This document shows positions 9,079 to 17,705 of a stretch of 64,000 nucleotides of DNA, in pieces. The DNA is from an uncultured Verrucomicrobiota bacterium (GTDB lineage Bacteria > Verrucomicrobiota > Verrucomicrobiia > Limisphaerales > UBA8199), in NCBI GenBank assembly GCA_964623885.1, contig CAZUVM010000003.1, positions 5,001 through 69,000 on the forward strand. Direction: 5' to 3'. The notes beneath the pieces were generated by a model, which did no database searches, was not told the origin of the DNA, and saw nothing but the letters and a program-made list of their open reading frames with translations. Position 1 is the first letter of the stretch, and the number at the start of each line of letters is the position of its first letter. A program made the position numbers and the translations under genes.

Positions 9079-10687
9079 TCAGGCTGCGAACCCTCGCAGG
9101 TAAAACCGGCGGCCTCACCGACTCCATCCCCCAGCCCAGAATGAACTGGGCCGCAGCGCCGCAAGTTCGTCCTTGGCAAGCGCCCATGCCGCAACGCGTC
9201 TGTAATTTCGCTTCGCGCCAATCCCCATACCGGCGCATCCGTCCAAGACTGACATCCTCGCAGCGGCATACGACCGTTTCATCGGGCGCCACATTTCTCA
9301 GTTCATTACGCAAAGCAAACGCCTTGCCCAGCTCAGAGCGGAATCGATGCCATGATTTTCTCGCGGTGAAAAGTCCTTCAGCGCGCTGGCTTTGGCCAGC
9401 CGCGGAGTACCCCGCAATTTGCCCCTCCACGAGCGCGCAGTCAGCGCCGCCAATCCCAGTGGGTTCTCCCGCACAATACACATTCGGGATGTTCGTCGTT
9501 TGCCATTGGTCCACTTGCACGAAACCCTGTTTCAATTCGCAACCCAGCGCCAGCGGCAGCTCAACGTTCGGCACCAGTCCAAAGCCGCAAGCCAAGTAAT
9601 CGCAACCTTCGGTCCAGGTTTTTCGACCATTCGTGAGCGTCACGCGTTGCACGTGTGCGTCGCCTTCCGCTGCGATTGGCCAGGTATTGCAGCGATAAGG
9701 CACGCCCCCCAAACCCAACTGTAGCCGCGCTGCTTGCGCTAGTTTCGCGGGATAGCGGCACAGGCTGACACCAAATTTCAAAAGCTGCGACCGCCTGACT
9801 TGCTCGAAAATGCCAACAACTCGCGCGCGATGCGCCCGCAACCCCGCCGCCACCGCCAGCAAAAGTGGTCCGCTGCCCGTTACGACCACGCGCTTGCCTT
9901 CAACCGGCCACCCGTGTTTAACCAAAGCTTGCAACCCACCGGGGCCGAGCACGCCCGGCAATGTCCATCCGACAAAAGGTAGGAACAACTCGCGGGCGCC
10001 GGTGGCAAGGATCAATCGCTCCCAGCCAATCCTAAGTGGCGCACCATCCTTTTCTGCCAGGAGCAACCCGGGTTCCGGCGCGGCGATGACGCATGTGCCC
10101 GATAACAGAATCCCGCCGGAATTACGAAACCGCGCAAACCATCGTCTTGGCTCCAAATCCTTCGGTTCACCAGCGTCCGTGGTTTGGCCTCGCCAGATCT
10201 GGCCACCGAGCCACGGCGTCTCGTCCACGAGCCCGACGCGCTTGCCGCTTTCGGCTGCGGCACAGGCGGCCGCCAGGCCGGCCGGGCCTGCGCCAACAAC
10301 GACAATGTCAAAGTCGGTACGATCCGCATTGGTCCATGAACTACTACATTGCGAGAGGGGTTGCTCCCTCTCCTGCACTGGAGCAGCGGGTAGGGGTGCC
10401 TTCTCTTCAACATTCGCAGAGAGGGACGCCGGGGACGGCATCCCTACCGTGCATACTTCCATTCCCTCGACGCACAAAACAGTGCAACTGCGCAGACTTG
10501 AGATGCCGTTAATGGTAACGCGGCACTCCATGCACACACCCATCCCGCAGGCCGGTCCGCGCGCTTGAGCGGAGGGCGAGCGATGAAAATCAATGATCCC
10601 GGCGCGGGCCAGAGCGGCGGCGACGACGGTGCCCGGCGGGACGCTCACTTGCCTTCCGTTCACCCGAATGTTCACGGCCTCATTCAT
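8945..10687 (-). CDS. Fused [2Fe-2S] (gamma-like) and FAD/NAD(P) oxidoreductase (alpha-like) subunit of a D-hydroxyproline/opine-type dehydrogenase
   Basis: The N-terminus (NIRVNGRQV...CGMGVCMECRV) is an HcnA/opine-oxidase-type 2Fe-2S module. It is followed by FDIVVVGAGPAGLAAA and a second Rossmann motif (VVVTGSGPLLLAVA). The C-terminus carries a BFD-like cluster motif (CRCEDV...TRCGMGACQGRTCG). The start is taken as ATG 10687 (MNEAVN), which overlaps the upstream gene by 8 nt. Confidence 0.8.
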   Translation of the reverse strand: MNEAVNIRVNGRQVSVPPGTVVAAALARAGIIDFHRSPSAQARGPACGMGVCMECRVTINGISSLRSCTVLCVEGMEVCTVGMPSPASLSANVEEKAPLPAAPVQEREQPLSQCSSSWTNADRTDFDIVVVGAGPAGLAAACAAAESGKRVGLVDETPWLGGQIWRGQTTDAGEPKDLEPRRWFARFRNSGGILLSGTCVIAAPEPGLLLAEKDGAPLRIGWERLILATGARELFLPFVGWTLPGVLGPGGLQALVKHGWPVEGKRVVVTGSGPLLLAVAAGLRAHRARVVGIFEQVRRSQLLKFGVSLCRYPAKLAQAARLQLGLGGVPYRCNTWPIAAEGDAHVQRVTLTNGRKTWTEGCDYLACGFGLVPNVELPLALGCELKQGFVQVDQWQTTNIPNVYCAGEPTGIGGADCALVEGQIAGYSAAGQSQRAEGLFTARKSWHRFRSELGKAFALRNELRNVAPDETVVCRCEDVSLGRMRRYGDWREAKLQTRCGMGACQGRTCGAAAQFILGWGMESVRPPVLPARVRSLISHQPAETSTAGLASPITEAEDLLRQRSLQSGSTPAASVQHSRQ

Positions 10688-11822
10688 GATTCGATGAGAT
10701 CGTCCGGCCGTCAACAAATCGCGCCGGTGAATAAGGCGCGTTGGGAATTTCGCTTGTCCGGTTCAGGAGTTGGTCGACCAGCAGCCGGCCGGTGGTGAGG
10801 GAAGTCGTAATTCCCAAACCCTCGTGCCCCGTCGCCAGCCAAATACGGGGCGCAGCCACACTGGGCCCTATTATCGGAAGCTTGTCAGGCGTAGCTGCCC
10901 TATGCCCGGTCCAGATCCGCAAGGCAGACAGCTTTCCCAGTGCCGGCAGGTATTCAAAACCGCGCAGCAACATGCGTTGCAGTATCGGCTGATCGACTGC
11001 CGTGCTGTCCGCCTCGAACTGCCGCGAAGATCCGATCAGCATCTGCCCGGTTTTGCGCGGCTGGATGTTGAAAGCGACCGAATCGCGGCTGAAAGAATGG
11101 GCGCTCTTCAAATAACCCAATTCGACAATCTGGTGATGCACAAAACCCGGGTGCCGATCGGTGATCACCAGGTGGCCCTTGCGTTTGCGCACCGGCAAGC
11201 CCGGTGTCAAATCCGGTGACCATGGACCTGTGGCGTTAACCGAAATGCCGGCGGAGATTTTCGAACGGTCCGCAAGTTCGACGCCGCCCTCAGGCAGCAA
11301 CGCGCGCACGGCAGTTTTTGTCCGTACTGAAGCTCCTTCGCGTTCGGCTTGTTCGAGCAGAAAGCGCGCGGCGCAAGGCGGATAAAGCACTGCATCGTCG
11401 ATAACTCGCAAACCGCCGGCCAGGCCGGGGCGCAATTGAGGTTCGATTTGAGCCACCTCCCGCCCGTCCAGCACTTGAACCTTTACGCCCTGGCTTGCGT
11501 ATCTTTTCTCCTTTCGGCGCACCTCGAGCATTTCCTCCTCATCGGCGGCCACCCACAACGTTCCACAAGCGTCATATTCGACATCGGCCGGCAATTCACT
11601 CTGCAGTTGGCGCCAAAGTGTTCGCGAATGATTCGTGAGCGCGAACTGTGCTTCGGAATCATCCATGACCACAATGTGGCCCATGCCGGCGCCGGTCGTG
11701 CCGGCGCCAATCGGCCCACGGTCCAGGACCAGAGTTTTTAAACCATTGCGAGCGCACTCGACGGCACAGGCGGCTCCCACGATGCCCGCTCCCACCACGA
11801 TCACGTCGAACGTCTCGCTCAT
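10680..11822 (-). CDS. FAD-dependent oxidoreductase (DAO family), beta-like subunit of D-hydroxyproline dehydrogenase
   Basis: FDVIVVGAGIVGAACAVECARNG dinucleotide fold and DAO-family length of 380 aa. It has an ATGA start/stop overlap with the epimerase gene. Confidence 0.8.
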   Translation of the reverse strand: MSETFDVIVVGAGIVGAACAVECARNGLKTLVLDRGPIGAGTTGAGMGHIVVMDDSEAQFALTNHSRTLWRQLQSELPADVEYDACGTLWVAADEEEMLEVRRKEKRYASQGVKVQVLDGREVAQIEPQLRPGLAGGLRVIDDAVLYPPCAARFLLEQAEREGASVRTKTAVRALLPEGGVELADRSKISAGISVNATGPWSPDLTPGLPVRKRKGHLVITDRHPGFVHHQIVELGYLKSAHSFSRDSVAFNIQPRKTGQMLIGSSRQFEADSTAVDQPILQRMLLRGFEYLPALGKLSALRIWTGHRAATPDKLPIIGPSVAAPRIWLATGHEGLGITTSLTTGRLLVDQLLNRTSEIPNAPYSPARFVDGRTISSNHE

Positions 11823-12751
11823 GAACGGATGCCCCAGCAGAAGGGATCGCGTTCATCCAATAGCAAGGTGGCTTCGGAGTTAACAAACGCCTGCCCGGTG
11901 ATGATCGGGACAACTTTCCCGGCGGCTTGGTCCAGCCAGCGGTATTGGCCGACAAACGTAGAACCGATGATGCTTTCCTGCACCCACCGGTCACCTTCGG
12001 CCAACTTGCCGTCCGCCGCCAGGCAGGCGAGCTTGGCGCTGGTCCCTGTCCCGCAAGGCGAGCGGTCGTAAGCTTTCCCGGGACACTGCACGAAGTTGCG
12101 CGCGTGAGCGCCTGCGCCCACGCCCGGCCCAAAAAGTTCTACGTGATCCACTTCCGGGAAGCCTTGCGAGTTCACTGCCTGGCGAATCTTCCAACTGATA
12201 TCCGTCAACTGCTCGACATTCGTTATCGAGAGATCATAGCCGTCCTTTTCTGCGAGAAAAAACCAGTTGCCGCCCCAGGCAACGTCACCCGTGATGGCGC
12301 CCAATCCGGGAACCTGTGCCGTGACCTGCTTCTGCTTTCGCCAACTGGGAACATTGGTGACCGACACCTCGCCGTTCGTCTGCAGCGTGGTCGTGACCAC
12401 CCCAACCGGTGTTTCGAGTCGATGCTCTCCCGGTTGTATGCGGCCGGAATGTGCAAGGGTCGTGATGACACCAATCGTGCCGTGGCCGCACATGCCAAGA
12501 TAGCCGACATTGTTGAAGAAAACGACGCCGGCGACGCACGAGGCATCTTGCGGTTCAACGAGCAGGGCGCCTACAACCACATCCGAGCCGCGCGGTTCGT
12601 TCACGATGGCCGAGCGGAAGGCATCGTGACGTTCGCGAAACATTTGGAGTTTGTCGGCCGCGCTCCCGCGGCCAAGGTCAGGCCCGCCACGAATGACGAC
12701 CCTCGTCGGCTCACCGGCCGTGTGAGAATCGATAATGTAAATTCGTTTCAT
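11819..12751 (-). CDS. 4-hydroxyproline 2-epimerase (proline racemase superfamily, Cys/Cys type)
   Basis: MKRIYIIDSHTAGEPTRVV N-terminus. Both catalytic Cys motifs are present (LGMCGHGTIG and DRSPCGTGTSA). ATG at 12751 is preferred over the track start at 12808. Confidence 0.85.
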   Translation of the reverse strand: MKRIYIIDSHTAGEPTRVVIRGGPDLGRGSAADKLQMFRERHDAFRSAIVNEPRGSDVVVGALLVEPQDASCVAGVVFFNNVGYLGMCGHGTIGVITTLAHSGRIQPGEHRLETPVGVVTTTLQTNGEVSVTNVPSWRKQKQVTAQVPGLGAITGDVAWGGNWFFLAEKDGYDLSITNVEQLTDISWKIRQAVNSQGFPEVDHVELFGPGVGAGAHARNFVQCPGKAYDRSPCGTGTSAKLACLAADGKLAEGDRWVQESIIGSTFVGQYRWLDQAAGKVVPIITGQAFVNSEATLLLDERDPFCWGIRS

Positions 12752-12752
12752 G

Positions 12753-13745
12753 TTACGGTCCCGGGAGCGGGGGCGCCCGGCGCGTTGGACCGCCGGCGCG
12801 CGAAACAATTGTCAGGTCGCGCGACGCTGATGCCGATTGTGTCCTGGGGATTTTTGGCCGATTGGCGATGCCATCGTGGATTACTTTCAGGATTTGTTTA
12901 CGCTCCGCGCCGACCAGCGGCAGGCGCGGCGCGCGCACCCATTCCCGGCCCAGCCCGCACTCCTGAACCGCCAGCTTAATGTACTGCACGAATTTGGGAT
13001 GTGTATCCAGGTGAAGTAATGGCGTGAACCAGCGATAAAATTCGCGAGCGCGGTCCCATTCCCCGGCACGGGTGAGTTCCCAGAAATACTGATTCTCTTT
13101 AGGAAACGCAATCCCGCTGCCAGCCACCCAGCCGTCTATCCCCAAGATGGCGCTTTCGAGCACCAAATCATCCACTCCAGTAAAGATAGCGAATCGATCC
13201 GACACTGCGTTATGGATATCAGTAATCCGCCGAGGATTGCCCGAGCTCTCTTTCAGGGCGACGAAGTTCTCCACTTCCGCCAACGCCGCGAACATGTCGG
13301 GAGTGATGTCGTTCGCGTAGCTGATTGGGTTGTTGTAGATCATGATCGGCAAACTCGTGGCGCGTGCCGTCATGAAGAAGTGCGTCAGCGTTTCGCGCGG
13401 GTCGCCGCGGTAAAGCATCGCCGGCATCAGCATGAAACCATCTACCCCCAGTTTCTCAACGTCTCGCACGTACCGGCACGCTTCAGCGGTGCTGGATTCA
13501 GCCACCCCGCTCAGCACCGGCACCCGGTGTTTCACGGCGTCCACCATGGCGCCCATAAGCTCTCTTTTCTCGGCGGGCGTGAGCATCTGGTTTTCGCCCA
13601 GCGAACCAAGGAAAATAAGCCCGTTTACTCCGGACCCGATCAGGGCGTCTGCGTGGCGGGCCGTTGCGTCCGGATCGATTGACTGATCTTTTCGGAGTTG
13701 GGTGGTGATGGCGGGAAAGACCCCCTGCCAATAGGGTTTACTCAT
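12753..13745 (-). CDS. DapA/DHDPS-family lyase, probably pyrroline-4-hydroxy-2-carboxylate deaminase
   Basis: GSLGENQMLTPAEKRE and FVALKESSG (Schiff-base Lys context) are typical of the DHDPS/NAL family. Its position in the hydroxyproline operon supports the call. A low-complexity ~30-aa C-terminal extension ends 1 nt before the epimerase start. Confidence 0.75.
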   Translation of the reverse strand: MSKPYWQGVFPAITTQLRKDQSIDPDATARHADALIGSGVNGLIFLGSLGENQMLTPAEKRELMGAMVDAVKHRVPVLSGVAESSTAEACRYVRDVEKLGVDGFMLMPAMLYRGDPRETLTHFFMTARATSLPIMIYNNPISYANDITPDMFAALAEVENFVALKESSGNPRRITDIHNAVSDRFAIFTGVDDLVLESAILGIDGWVAGSGIAFPKENQYFWELTRAGEWDRAREFYRWFTPLLHLDTHPKFVQYIKLAVQECGLGREWVRAPRLPLVGAERKQILKVIHDGIANRPKIPRTQSASASRDLTIVSRAGGPTRRAPPLPGP

Positions 13746-13920
13746 GGATAAATACTCCTGGACGGTGTCGGAACCGAGCGGTCCCGCTTCGCAGCGGCCA
13801 AAATGATAGAGCGGCCGCGCACGCTCTTACTGCTTTGGCGGGCCAACACTTGAAGCTGCTGCGATAATACCGCATCCAGTTTTTTACTCTGGCATGCGCG
13901 CGGGCCGGTGTCTTGGCTGG

Positions 13921-13956
13921 AAATGACAAAACGAGTGTAAAAATGCGCACTCGTTT
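13921..13956 (-). terminator. Candidate intrinsic terminator after the AraC-type regulator
   Basis: On the minus strand there is a 9-bp stem (AAACGAGTG / CACTCGTTT) with a 10-nt loop. It is followed by TTTTGTCATTT and begins 14 nt after the regulator stop. Confidence 0.4.
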
Positions 13957-13969
13957 AAACCACGCAGCT

Positions 13970-14740
13970 TCAGAGTTTCTTTGCTTGCCTCAGTTTCCGG
14001 AATTGTGTCGGAGTTAAATTCGTAGCGGAACGGAATGCGCGGACTAACGCGCTGTGATCGTAGAAGCCGCAATCGTAGGCGATGTCCGATACCGGGTGAG
14101 AGGTCTCGCCCAGCAGCCGCGCAGCCTTGGCAATCCGGGTTTGCGCAATCAACTGGTTCGGCGTGATCCGGAAAATGCGCTTGATCAGGCGGGCGAAGCG
14201 CACTGCCGGGAGCCCGGCGCGAACGGCCAGGGAGCCTGGAGAAATGGGTTCATCGCAATGTTCCTCCAGGTATTCGAGGGTGCTGGCCAGGCTGGCCGGG
14301 ATAGTGGAACTGTCTCCGGGCGCCCTCAAATCGCGCGAAATCCCCACCACTCCCACTACGCGATCATCCGCATCGCGCATCGGCAGTTTTGTTGTCAGAC
14401 ACCAGCCCATCCGCCGGCGCGCGTACCAATGCAATTCCAGGTGCTCCACCACCGGCCGGCCGGTTCGAGCCACCAACTCGTCCTGCGACGCGTAAAGGTC
14501 CGCCATTTCTCTTGGAAACACCTCCCGCACATGACGACCGAGCAACTCACGCTTCTCGCGCAACCCGCACCGCTCGACCAGAGATTGGTTCACCGCCAGA
14601 TAACGCCCGCTGAGGTCCTTGATGAAAAATGCAGTGTCGGGCACATGATCGAATAACTCTTCAACCGTCGCCAATTCCGCCGCCAAACCACGCGTCTCCT
14701 CTGCGACGGCTTTCGAGAGCGCTGACAGGTCGAATTTCAC
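13970..14740 (-). CDS. AraC-family transcriptional regulator with N-terminal PAS-like sensor
   Basis: The PAS-like segment is FFIKDLSGRYLAVNQSLVERCG. The C-terminal double HTH (ITPNQLIAQTRIAKAARLL...VSDIAYDCGFYDHSALVRAFR) is AraC-type. Confidence 0.85.
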   Translation of the reverse strand: MKFDLSALSKAVAEETRGLAAELATVEELFDHVPDTAFFIKDLSGRYLAVNQSLVERCGLREKRELLGRHVREVFPREMADLYASQDELVARTGRPVVEHLELHWYARRRMGWCLTTKLPMRDADDRVVGVVGISRDLRAPGDSSTIPASLASTLEYLEEHCDEPISPGSLAVRAGLPAVRFARLIKRIFRITPNQLIAQTRIAKAARLLGETSHPVSDIAYDCGFYDHSALVRAFRSATNLTPTQFRKLRQAKKL

Positions 14741-14788
14741 CGGACAGTTCGCAAGGTACAGAATGCCGGGACGCCAGACAATCCGATT

Positions 14789-17284
14789 TCAAGGGCCACC
14801 TGCGTTTGGCGCTCTGAGCGCCTGGGCATAACGCAATGCCACCGGGTTGCCTGGGTAGCGCTTGAGCACCTCCTGGAACTGAGCCAGCGCCTCCTCATTT
14901 CGATGTTGTTTGGTTAACGCAATGCCTAGATCCAGGCGTGCTTCCAGCAGGTCCGGCTTAAGGCGCACCGCCGCAGCGAATTGTTCCAGAGCGGCAGCGT
15001 CATTCCCCGCTTGGCCCAGCGCCGTGCCTAGTCGCATCCGCGCCTCGGCCAGGTTTGGATCCAGCCGCACCGCCTCGGCATAATGCCCCCGCGCATCCGC
15101 GGGCCGCCCAAGCAATGCCAGCGTTAGGCCGAGATTCACCTGGGTGGCTGCGTCCGATGGGTCCAGGCTCAGCGCATCCGCAAAATTCGTTGCTGCTTCC
15201 GAATACCACTTCTTCTCGAAGCAGAATTGGCCTAGTGCTTTGAACGATCCTGGCGTTCTAATCCGGTTCTGGAGCGCTTTACGATAATGGGTTTGCGCTT
15301 CCGCTCCGCGGCCCAGCGCCTCCAGTGCCTTGCCCAGCCCGAGTTGGGCCGGACCCCAGTATGGCTTCAAATTCAAAACGCCTTCGAATTCCCGCGCCGC
15401 TTCTGCATATTTGCGCTGCGCGAAGAGTAGTTGCCCCAAGGCGGTCCTCGACGACATGGACTCTGGGTTAAGCCGCAACGCCTCTTGGAAGGCAGACATG
15501 GCCTCAGTCTCTTTTCCCGCCTGAGCGAGCGCATTGCCGTAGCCTTCCCAAATCTCTGGCTCGAATGGAAGCTGTTCGGTGATGGTGTGCCACGAGCTGG
15601 CCGCACCAGACGTATCTCCAAGGGCTTCCTGTAAACGAGCCAGGTTACGGAGCAATTGCCAATCGTTCGGCTTTGGCACCAGGGCTTCGCGAATGCGCGC
15701 TGCCGCCATTCGAAGGCCATCAGGCTTGGTGGCGGAGCGGAGTTGATCGACTTGCTCACGCAGCCGTTTGACCTCCTCGGTCCAGTTGAGTTGCCCGGTG
15801 AACGGTGGGTCTTCCAGGCGGTCCAGCATTTGCATCGTGCCCTCCAAACGGGTCCAATCGCTCCACCCCAGCCGCCGCGCGCAATCATCAATACCTGGCC
15901 AGGGTTGATCCGCCGCTACCTTATGAGCCACCTTGTCCGGCAGCAGTTTGGCGACCTGCTGCGCCAAGGCCAGTCCGAGCCGATAATTGCCTTCAAAAGT
16001 CAGATGTACGTGCTCGTAGAAGCTTTCTCGATCCGGCACGCCGTCTGTCCCCGCTTGCGCGGCAACACTGACCGAATCCGTGAAAAGAATGCTATCAGCC
16101 GCACGGCCGGAACCCGCTTTTGCCAGAATCTCGTTTAACCGGCTGTCGCAGCGGAATCGCAAGGCGTCCTCGTCGCGAGCGCGGCGGAACTCGCGCACCG
16201 CGTCTTCACGATGCCCAAGGGCGAGGGCGCATTGGCCTTCACGGAAGTGCAGATCGGCAAAGCCATCATCGATGGCGCCGGCCTGACGGAACGCATCCAC
16301 AGCGGGCCCTGACTCGCCGTGTTCCTGGTGACTGACACCCTCGCCATAGAATTGCTTCCAACGTGCCAGCTCGGCATCTGCCAAGTCCGGCCGGTGCAAA
16401 GAAGCAAACGGAGCGCAATCTCGCAGGTTGCTGGCCACCGTGCTAATGACCAATTTCACTCCATGCTTCCGTCCGGTTTTAACAATGTCCTGCAGATTCT
16501 GCTCAAAATTCGAGTAAACCGCGGACAGCGCAGGATCGGTACTTCTCACCTGATAATCCAGAAACATTTGCATCCCGCCCCATTCCTGGTTTTGCACGGG
16601 CGTGGAGCGGAACTCTGCGATCAGGCGTTCGAGTCCCTGCGCGATACGGGTGGTTTTCAGTGCCAACGCGCACCGAATCCAGGTTAACCCTGGAGCATTG
16701 CGGCTGAATACCGTCCCAGGACCGTAAGGACCAACCACCTCATTGTTGCCCATGTACAAAACCCAGATATCGCCCTCGTGCCGGGCGCACTCGCGTGCAA
16801 TGGGCAGAATCACGTGAGAGTTAATCGCCGTCATCGCTACGTTAAAAACCTGGAATTTCGTTGCTGGAAACCGCTGTGTCAGCAGCGCCTCGATTACTCG
16901 CGCAATCCCAAATTCCAGTTGTGGGTCGCCGTACGCCGCCGATTCTCCGAACACAAAAATGCGCACGGTATCAGGTGGTTTGTTCTTCGCGATTACCATT
17001 GGCGCCGGCTGGCGGGCACGTTCCGGTCCGAAAAACCGCCAGCCGAACCGGTCATTCTGGACATAGACCGCCTCACCTTTGATGCGCGCAGGTAGGAAAA
17101 AATCAGTGGGATACCCGAATCCGATTAGACGAAGCAGCCCCTCGATCAGCAACAATAACAGTAATGGTGCCAACGCCACGCTCAATCGAAACAGCCACAC
17201 GTGGGTTTGTTTTCTCCCGGTCAGTTGGGCGGCGGCTGGAGCTACCGCCTGCTTTCTCTCCGGGCGGCTGCGAGATCGCTTCAT
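14789..17284 (-). CDS. TPR-repeat protein with N-terminal TM anchor and SGNH-like (GES variant) domain
   Basis: 831 aa. There is a TM segment (LAPLLLLLLIEGLL). A block VRIFVFGESAAYGD ... VLYMGNNEV resembles SGNH blocks I and III. The C-terminal ~350 aa consists of consecutive 34-aa TPR motifs. Confidence 0.75.
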   Translation of the reverse strand: MKRSRSRPERKQAVAPAAAQLTGRKQTHVWLFRLSVALAPLLLLLLIEGLLRLIGFGYPTDFFLPARIKGEAVYVQNDRFGWRFFGPERARQPAPMVIAKNKPPDTVRIFVFGESAAYGDPQLEFGIARVIEALLTQRFPATKFQVFNVAMTAINSHVILPIARECARHEGDIWVLYMGNNEVVGPYGPGTVFSRNAPGLTWIRCALALKTTRIAQGLERLIAEFRSTPVQNQEWGGMQMFLDYQVRSTDPALSAVYSNFEQNLQDIVKTGRKHGVKLVISTVASNLRDCAPFASLHRPDLADAELARWKQFYGEGVSHQEHGESGPAVDAFRQAGAIDDGFADLHFREGQCALALGHREDAVREFRRARDEDALRFRCDSRLNEILAKAGSGRAADSILFTDSVSVAAQAGTDGVPDRESFYEHVHLTFEGNYRLGLALAQQVAKLLPDKVAHKVAADQPWPGIDDCARRLGWSDWTRLEGTMQMLDRLEDPPFTGQLNWTEEVKRLREQVDQLRSATKPDGLRMAAARIREALVPKPNDWQLLRNLARLQEALGDTSGAASSWHTITEQLPFEPEIWEGYGNALAQAGKETEAMSAFQEALRLNPESMSSRTALGQLLFAQRKYAEAAREFEGVLNLKPYWGPAQLGLGKALEALGRGAEAQTHYRKALQNRIRTPGSFKALGQFCFEKKWYSEAATNFADALSLDPSDAATQVNLGLTLALLGRPADARGHYAEAVRLDPNLAEARMRLGTALGQAGNDAAALEQFAAAVRLKPDLLEARLDLGIALTKQHRNEEALAQFQEVLKRYPGNPVALRYAQALRAPNAGGP

Positions 17285-17705
17285 GCTTGTAGCTCAACAG
17301 CCTAGCTGCAGCCATTGCGATGACAAGTTCGGAGCCGCAATTTGCGCCCCAATCCTGGCGGTCGAGCAAGCCCGTCATGCTAGGGAACGCAATGGGCAAA
17401 AATTCACCAATTGACTGTCATTCCGAACCAAGACAGATCGTGCCCCATTCGCTATTCTAGCCATGAATCAAGCCCAGAATGCGCCGTCTGTTAACAACCG
17501 CATTTGTGCTCGGATTCACGAGTTGCATCGTGAACCAACAAAACGCATTGTCTTTGGGTTGCAACACCATATATGCCGTTGATTCAGTTTTTTGCACAAA
17601 TTAAATAACCTTGTTAAGTAAATCCTCAGCCAGTTCCCCGCCAAGCGCCCCAGATCCTTTTTCCCTCCTGTCCAAGATTCGTTTACAACCTCACCACAAA
17701 ACTAA
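17285..17705 (+). promoter_or_regulatory. AT-rich leader/promoter region of the giant LamG gene
   Basis: This is the largest clearly AT-enriched non-coding stretch in the window. A sigma70-like candidate is TTGCAC (17592-17597), a 17-nt spacer and TAAGTA (17615-17620). No experimental support. Confidence 0.3.

Noticed and set aside
17463-17588. A 41-codon ORF (MNQAQNAPSVNNRICARIHELHREPTKRIVFGLQHHICR) in the leader of the giant gene.
   Set aside because: It has no recognisable motif, no evident ribosome-binding context and sits in an AT-rich promoter-like region. There is not enough evidence to call it a leader peptide.
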